Virus record (IMG/VR): IMGVR_UViG_3300021138_000015
From: an uncultured virus (IMG/VR IMGVR_UViG_3300021138_000015)
Taxonomy: Duplodnaviria > Heunggongvirae > Uroviricota > Caudoviricetes
Length of the DNA stretch: 20,000 nt
Direction: 5' to 3' (one strand)
In this document: piece by piece, positions 8,749-13,648 of the stretch
How the letters are laid out: each line of letters starts with the position of its first letter
Position numbering within the stretch: the stretch's first letter is position 1
Notes under the pieces: model-generated
What the model was told of the DNA's origin: nothing
Database searches by the model: none
The model's input: the letters and a program-made list of their open reading frames with translations, nothing else
Program-made: the position numbers and the translations under genes

Positions 8749-10510
8749 AATAAAAACTCTAACCGTAAAAAACTTTATGAGTGTAGGTAATACTACACAA
8801 GCCGTTAATTTTGATCGCCGCGATTTAACTCTGGTACTAGGCGAAAATTTGGACTTAGGCGGTGACGATTTGGGTGCAAGAAATGGCACGGGTAAGACTA
8901 CCATTATCAATGCACTGAGCTATGCTATGTACGGCAATGCTCTTACCAATATCAAAAAAGATAACCTAATCAATAAGACCAATAGTAAAAATATGATGGT
9001 TACTATTGATTTTGAAAAAGACGGCATAGATTATAGAATTGAACGTGGTCGTAAACCCAATGTAATGCGATTCTTTGTTGGCGATCAAGAAAAAGAAATT
9101 ACAGATGATGCCCAGGGTGACTCGAGAGAAACACAGCAAGAAATAGAACGTATGCTGGGTATGAGTCATGATATGTTCAAACATATTGTAGCTCTTAACA
9201 CTTATACAGAACCGTTTTTGTCGTTGAAGGCCAACGATCAACGTACTATCATTGAACAGTTATTAGGAATCACACTCCTGAGTGAAAAAGCTGACCGATT
9301 AAAAGAACTCGGTAAAACTACCAAAGACGCTATTACACAAGAAGAATTTCGTATTAAAGCAGTAACCGACGCTAATCGAAGAATCGAAGAACAAATTGAA
9401 AATCTAAAGCGTAGGCAAACCTTATGGAAAACACGACATGACGAAGACATCTCACGCTTGGAAACCGCTCTCGATCAGTTACTCGAAATTGATATCGACG
9501 AAGAGATTAAAGCACATCAGGCGCTTGCAACATATCGCCAGAAGGAGAAAGATATCAGTGACCTACAGTCGCATCTTCGACGTGCCCGGCAGGACCAAAT
9601 ACGCGAAAATAAGATTATTGAAAAACTCGAACAAGAGATCGCAACACTCAACAACCATCAGTGTCATACCTGTGGGCAAGAGTTCCACGACGCAAAACAT
9701 CTACAGGTCTTGGCGGGGAAACGGCAGGATCTCGCAACTGCTGAAGAAAACTTAATCACATTTACCAACGATGTAGCAGCTTTTACCGACGCACTAACTA
9801 CCTTAGGTGAGCTGGGTGCTGTTCCTACAACATTTTATGATAGCGAACAAGATGCTGTACAACATCGTGCTAGTGTGGCTAGCCTACAACAACAGCTGGC
9901 AGTTAAGTCCGAAGAAGACGACCCGTACCGTGATCAAATTGCAGAAATGCAGAGTCAAGGCATCGAAGAAATTAAATTTGATGTAATCAACGATCTGACT
10001 AATCTTAAAGAACATCAAGAATTTTTAATGAAGTTATTGACCAACAAGGACAGTTTTATCCGTAAACGTATCATTGATCAAAATCTAAGTTACCTAAATG
10101 CTCGTTTAGGTCAGTATCTAGATCGCATTGGCTTACCGCACACAGTTAAATTTAACAACGATCTAACTGTAAGCATTACCGAACTGGGCAGAGATTTAGA
10201 CTTTGATAACCTTAGTCGTGGCGAACGTAATAGACTTATATTGAGTTTGAGTTGGGCATTCCGCGATGTATGGGAAAGTCTATATCAACCTATTAACCTG
10301 TTGTTTATTGATGAGCTAGTAGATTCAGGCATGGACAGTTCAGGAGTAGAAAATAGTCTAGCTATCCTGAAAAAAATGAGTCGCGAAGCCAACAAATCAA
10401 TTTGGCTAGTGAGTCACAAAGATGAACTTGCAGGGCGTGTAAATAATACTCTGCACGTGGTTAAAGAAAATGGATATACCAGTTACAACACAGATGTAGA
10501 AATTGCGTAG
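8741..10510 (+). CDS. gp46: Recombination ATPase subunit, gp46 (Rad50/SbcC)
   Basis: MFKIKTLTVKNFMSVGN start (ATG 8741 preferred over TTG 8708), Walker A NGTGKTT, coiled coils with CHTC zinc hook, signature LSRGE, Walker B LFIDE and H-loop VSHK. Confidence 0.93.
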   Translation: MFKIKTLTVKNFMSVGNTTQAVNFDRRDLTLVLGENLDLGGDDLGARNGTGKTTIINALSYAMYGNALTNIKKDNLINKTNSKNMMVTIDFEKDGIDYRIERGRKPNVMRFFVGDQEKEITDDAQGDSRETQQEIERMLGMSHDMFKHIVALNTYTEPFLSLKANDQRTIIEQLLGITLLSEKADRLKELGKTTKDAITQEEFRIKAVTDANRRIEEQIENLKRRQTLWKTRHDEDISRLETALDQLLEIDIDEEIKAHQALATYRQKEKDISDLQSHLRRARQDQIRENKIIEKLEQEIATLNNHQCHTCGQEFHDAKHLQVLAGKRQDLATAEENLITFTNDVAAFTDALTTLGELGAVPTTFYDSEQDAVQHRASVASLQQQLAVKSEEDDPYRDQIAEMQSQGIEEIKFDVINDLTNLKEHQEFLMKLLTNKDSFIRKRIIDQNLSYLNARLGQYLDRIGLPHTVKFNNDLTVSITELGRDLDFDNLSRGERNRLILSLSWAFRDVWESLYQPINLLFIDELVDSGMDSSGVENSLAILKKMSREANKSIWLVSHKDELAGRVNNTLHVVKENGYTSYNTDVEIA

Positions 10511-10557
10511 TTTCAAGACTACATTACTGTTAAGCCGCAACGAGATAATTACTATGC

Positions 10558-10992
10558 ATGACATGGCTTTACGAAAATACCACAATCGAGTCCTTGCCCG
10601 AGGACTGTGTCGGTTTTGTTTATTTAATTACTAATAAACAGACCGGCAGACAGTACGTTGGAAAAAAACTGGCAAAATTTAGCAGGACCACTTATCGTAT
10701 GGTAAAATTAAAAAACGGTAACAAACGAAAGAAAAAGATTAGAAGTAAAATTGACAGTGATTGGCAGGAGTATTGGTCTAGTTCAGATGAACTTAAAAAA
10801 GATATAGCGTCGCTCGGGCAGGAAAATTTTACAAGAGAAATATTATTTTATTGTAAAAGTAAAGCAGAATGCACATACAGAGAGGCACAAGAGCAGTTTG
10901 CAAGAAAAGTGTTAGAGTCAGATGATTATTATAACGGACAAATAAGTTGCAGGATACACAAAAGTCACATCAATGGTAAACTTAATAAATAA
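10558..10992 (+). CDS. Small stand-alone GIY-YIG nuclease (T4 endonuclease II/DenA-like)
   Basis: GFVYLITN...QYVGKK, DW..Y.SS, FTREIL, E..EQF and terminal YYN motifs. It has a very basic insertion (RMVKLKNGNKRKKKIRSK). Confidence 0.75.
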   Translation: MTWLYENTTIESLPEDCVGFVYLITNKQTGRQYVGKKLAKFSRTTYRMVKLKNGNKRKKKIRSKIDSDWQEYWSSSDELKKDIASLGQENFTREILFYCKSKAECTYREAQEQFARKVLESDDYYNGQISCRIHKSHINGKLNK

Positions 10993-11053
10993 AAATGCCG
11001 ATCGCGACCTGGCAGGGTCCATCAGCTCTAACAGTTTACAAGGAACTATCAGC
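10984..11053 (+). promoter_or_regulatory. Late-like promoter AATAAATA plus structured 5' leader and Shine-Dalgarno of the homing endonuclease
   Basis: AATAAATA at 10984-10991; hairpin GACCT-GGCA-GGGTC (GNRA loop) at 11006-11019, enclosed by GCCGAT/ATCAGC; AAGGA Shine-Dalgarno at 11040-11044. Confidence 0.6.
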
Positions 11054-11701
11054 ATGACTATTTATTTGTACCTTAAGACCCACAACAAAACAGGATTAAA
11101 ATATCTTGGCAAGACTATTTCAAAGGATCCGCATTCGTATCAAGGCTCGGGCACTGTTTGGAAGCGTCACATTAAAAAACACGGTTACGATGTAACTACT
11201 GAAATTTTGCTTGAAACAAACGATCCAACCGAACTTAAAGAAGTTGGAACACACTATTCAAATTTATGGAATATTGTAGAATCCAAAGATTTTGCTAATA
11301 TAGTCCCCGAAATGGGAGACGGTGGGGCTCAACTGTGGACGATTGAAAGTAGACAAAAAGTATCTAAAGCAAATAAAGGCAGAAAACATTCTGAAGAAGC
11401 AAAAAAGAATTATTCAAAGGCGCAACAAAAACAAGCACAGCATTTAAGTAAAAAATTAAAAGAATATCTATCAATACCAGAAAATTACGAAAAAAGATAT
11501 AATCAACTAACATCAAATTGGAATAATCCAAAGCACCGAGAGAAAATGTCTAAGACAATGTCTTCTCTAAAATGGTGTAACGACGGTGTTAGAAATTACC
11601 GAAGATCTATTATTCCAGACGGAATGGTCGCAGGTAGATTATATCGCCATGGCTCCCATATTAAGAATAAAATAGACACCCAGTCAACAGTAAAAGACTA
11701 G
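11054..11701 (+). CDS. Free-standing GIY-YIG (Seg-like) homing endonuclease with NUMOD3-like DNA-binding region
   Basis: MTIYLYLKTHNKTGLKYLGKT...Y.GSG..W..HIKKHG...N...GDGG catalytic domain, then SKANKGRKHSEEAKK (NUMOD3-like) and KWCNDG. ATG 11054 has a Shine-Dalgarno, whereas the ORF-track start 10973 overlaps the previous gene. Confidence 0.85.
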   Translation: MTIYLYLKTHNKTGLKYLGKTISKDPHSYQGSGTVWKRHIKKHGYDVTTEILLETNDPTELKEVGTHYSNLWNIVESKDFANIVPEMGDGGAQLWTIESRQKVSKANKGRKHSEEAKKNYSKAQQKQAQHLSKKLKEYLSIPENYEKRYNQLTSNWNNPKHREKMSKTMSSLKWCNDGVRNYRRSIIPDGMVAGRLYRHGSHIKNKIDTQSTVKD

Positions 11702-12055
11702 CGCAGGTTAACGTCGTGCGCCCCAAAAACTGGATCTAGGATCGCAGGGCGGGAAGACTCAGCTGTGGTGAGCACTCAATCAGTATCCTTAACAGGACCC
11801 GGATCGCATACGCCTATAAGCGGTTTGATTGTTTGAAAGTATTAGGAACAGGCTAAAAGAGTGGGTAACACCCACACGTACATATTGATGTTAGCGTATT
11901 GATATGTGCCGCCGTCGTATAAAGACGCACTTCGAGGTACCGGACGACCGCCTCTGTAATAGTGTAACGCTAAGTGATTGTGCTACTCGGATGATGCCAA
12001 TTTCATTTTGCCCCTCGAGCGGGCAAAGTGTGACTGATTAATCTGGATGATACAG
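11701..12055 (+). ncRNA. Putative large structured non-coding RNA of unassigned class
   Basis: About ten hand-identified stems, several with G-U pairs that work only on the + strand, and a 7-bp loop-to-distal pseudoknot (TTAGCGT 11891-11897 / ACGCTAA 11967-11973). No ORF of 60 aa or more. Boundaries are approximate. Confidence 0.7.
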
Positions 12056-12079
12056 AAAAGCAAATATAATTAAAAAAAG

Positions 12080-12122
12080 ATTTCTGAACGAAGTGAAAGA
12101 AATAGATTAACGAAGTTAATCT
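12080..12122 (+). other. Two tandem hairpins with C(GAA)G loops after an A/T-rich tract
   Basis: ATTTCT-GA-AC-GAA-GT-GAA-AGAAAT (12080-12103) and perfect AGATTAAC-GAA-GTTAATCT (12104-12122). They could also act as a terminator for the minus-strand gene, since a T7 run follows on that strand. Confidence 0.6.
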
Positions 12123-12182
12123 CTGAATCAGAAGATAATATAATCAAATAACTATACTATCCTCTGACGCATTGACGGTATA

Positions 12183-12416
12183 TTACTTGCTTCTCCAAAT
12201 ACTATACAATACCCAAACTGCTACTAATCCGATTAGTCCTTGAGCACTTAGACCTGCTAGAGCGGCAGAAACATTACCGATCACAGATGTTGCTGGGAAA
12301 AAAGGAATAGCAACTCCTTTAAAAAGAATCTCTAGTACAATACCTAAAGCTATTAAACTAACACCTACATCAGCTAGTTGGCTAGCCCAAGTTTTAACTG
12401 TCTTAAGAACATCCAT
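12183..12416 (-). CDS. Small integral membrane protein (2-3 hydrophobic segments), function unknown
   Basis: 77 aa, hydrophobic. Strong AAAGGAG Shine-Dalgarno, upstream CTTAAATA box (12459-12466) and an 8-bp hairpin (12435-12455). Confidence 0.75.
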   Translation of the reverse strand: MDVLKTVKTWASQLADVGVSLIALGIVLEILFKGVAIPFFPATSVIGNVSAALAGLSAQGLIGLVAVWVLYSIWRSK

Positions 12417-12530
12417 TTTACGTCTCCTTTGGTTATACTGATTTTAGATCAGTATGATTATTTAAGGTGTATTTCTAGGGTTATTAATATATTTTAATGA
12501 TTTTGTCGCTAGGGATACTTATAGTACCCG

Positions 12531-12758
12531 TTAGAAAAACGGTAATCCAGACTTTTTGGTTGTCTCCATGTTGTCTTTGATTAGTTTGGCTATTAATTGT
12601 CGTTCTTCTGTGGATAGCTCCAAGGCTTCACTGTAGGTAAGACCACCGCGCATGTACCAACAAAAACTAAGTAGTTCGGCTTTTAGGGCTTTTGACTCTC
12701 TTTCAAGTTGATCTAACCACCGAAAAATTTCTTCGGTAGTCAGAGTCAAAAGCCTCAT
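12531..12758 (-). CDS. Small baseplate/tail assembly protein (gp51-like position; possibly the frameshift extension of the gp26-like protein)
   Basis: 75 aa with CWYMRGGLTYSEALELS..ER..I..LI. ATGA overlap with the upstream ORF and no evident Shine-Dalgarno. Confidence 0.65.
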   Translation of the reverse strand: MRLLTLTTEEIFRWLDQLERESKALKAELLSFCWYMRGGLTYSEALELSTEERQLIAKLIKDNMETTKKSGLPFF

Positions 12759-13597
12759 TCGAAAAAATTTGATTGATTAAATGTTAAAGTATTTTCAAAT
12801 TCTTTTTCACAATCTTTACAAGAGATTTTTAAAGGTTTTACTCGAAATGTATCTACTAGATTTTGAATGTGCTCTTTGATGTCATTGTATACCTGTCGGC
12901 TACACTGATTTAAAAACTCAGCAATTTGACTACGATCTTTTACTACAACTCCATCTTCGGTTTGGATACTGTCTATACTGACAGTCACTGAGTCTACATT
13001 CATCTGTCGTAATTTTTCAAAGCTGGCGTTAAATTGGGCAGTTTTTTCGTCTTGACTTAAATTTTCATTACGCACAATAGAATCAACTAAACGTTGTTCT
13101 TCATAGGTTATAAGTCCGGCTTGATTTATATCACGGTAGGTCTGTGGACGGAAGTTAAATGTTAAACCATCAATTTTAACCGGAGTAGAATAGTCAGCCT
13201 GCTCTAAGCCATCTAGTACTACAGTCAGGTCTACTGTGTATTCGTTGCTGGCTTTACAGTGCGAGCAGGTGCAGTTAATGTCCATGCCTTTACCGTAGCT
13301 GGCCAAGCGTATGGCAATAAACACCGGATCTAGATCAACTGCCGGCATGGTCCAGGGGTCTCGTATGCTAGGACAACAGCTCTTAATAACATTAATTACT
13401 CCTACCCCATTCATCAGTGCATCTGGTGTTTTTAGTGTTAGTTCGTCACGCACAGTCATTGGATATACTGGAATATCTCCAGTGACCGGTAAATCTATGC
13501 CGTTATCGGGGTAAAAACGGCCTCGACTGGGTAATTTTAAATAAATTGCCGGTTGTCTAAAATGACCGGATAAGGGATTAGTAGCAGGATTTGCCAT
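12755..13597 (-). CDS. gp26: Baseplate hub assembly chaperone, T4 gp26-like
   Basis: YLKLPS.G, PMT.RDE..L, D.D..FIAIR.AS.G, two CxxC-type motifs (CSHC, CKDC) and terminal NFF. GGAG Shine-Dalgarno. Confidence 0.75.
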   Translation of the reverse strand: MANPATNPLSGHFRQPAIYLKLPSRGRFYPDNGIDLPVTGDIPVYPMTVRDELTLKTPDALMNGVGVINVIKSCCPSIRDPWTMPAVDLDPVFIAIRLASYGKGMDINCTCSHCKASNEYTVDLTVVLDGLEQADYSTPVKIDGLTFNFRPQTYRDINQAGLITYEEQRLVDSIVRNENLSQDEKTAQFNASFEKLRQMNVDSVTVSIDSIQTEDGVVVKDRSQIAEFLNQCSRQVYNDIKEHIQNLVDTFRVKPLKISCKDCEKEFENTLTFNQSNFFE

Positions 13598-13610
13598 GGT
13601 TATTGAACTC

Positions 13611-13638
13611 CATAAATATATGTATAAATCTATTTATC
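13611..13638. promoter_or_regulatory. Divergent pair of late-type promoters: CATAAATA (+, 13611-13618) and GATAAATA (-, 13631-13638)
   Basis: Two TAAATA boxes on opposite strands in the 51-nt gap between the divergent gp26-like and tape-measure-like genes. Confidence 0.65.
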
Positions 13639-13648
13639 GTAAAAAACT

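Noticed and set aside
10973..11053. ORF-track N-terminal extension of the homing endonuclease (MVNLINK...)
   Set aside because: It overlaps the previous gene and spans the promoter and leader hairpin. ATG 11054 has a Shine-Dalgarno and begins the GIY-YIG motif.
11716..11960. Group II intron (GTGCG at 11716 resembles the 5' splice consensus)
   Set aside because: I found no convincing domain V (AGC/CGC triad hairpin with bulge) or domain VI ending in AY. The GTGCG is paired in a local stem and no gene is interrupted.
10993..12055. Group I intron housing the GIY-YIG endonuclease
   Set aside because: P7 core (R/S) sequences were not recognised, the upstream gene is complete with its own stop, and there is no downstream exon.
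11974..12122. CRISPR or TIGR array
   Set aside because: Only two degenerate units, no regular periodicity, and no cas or Nop-domain gene in the window. Kept only as a repeat observation.
11701..12180. tRNA, tmRNA or RNase P RNA
   Set aside because: No T-loop GTTCRA/CCA cloverleaf, no tmRNA termini, and no GAGGAAAGTCC RNase P signature were seen.
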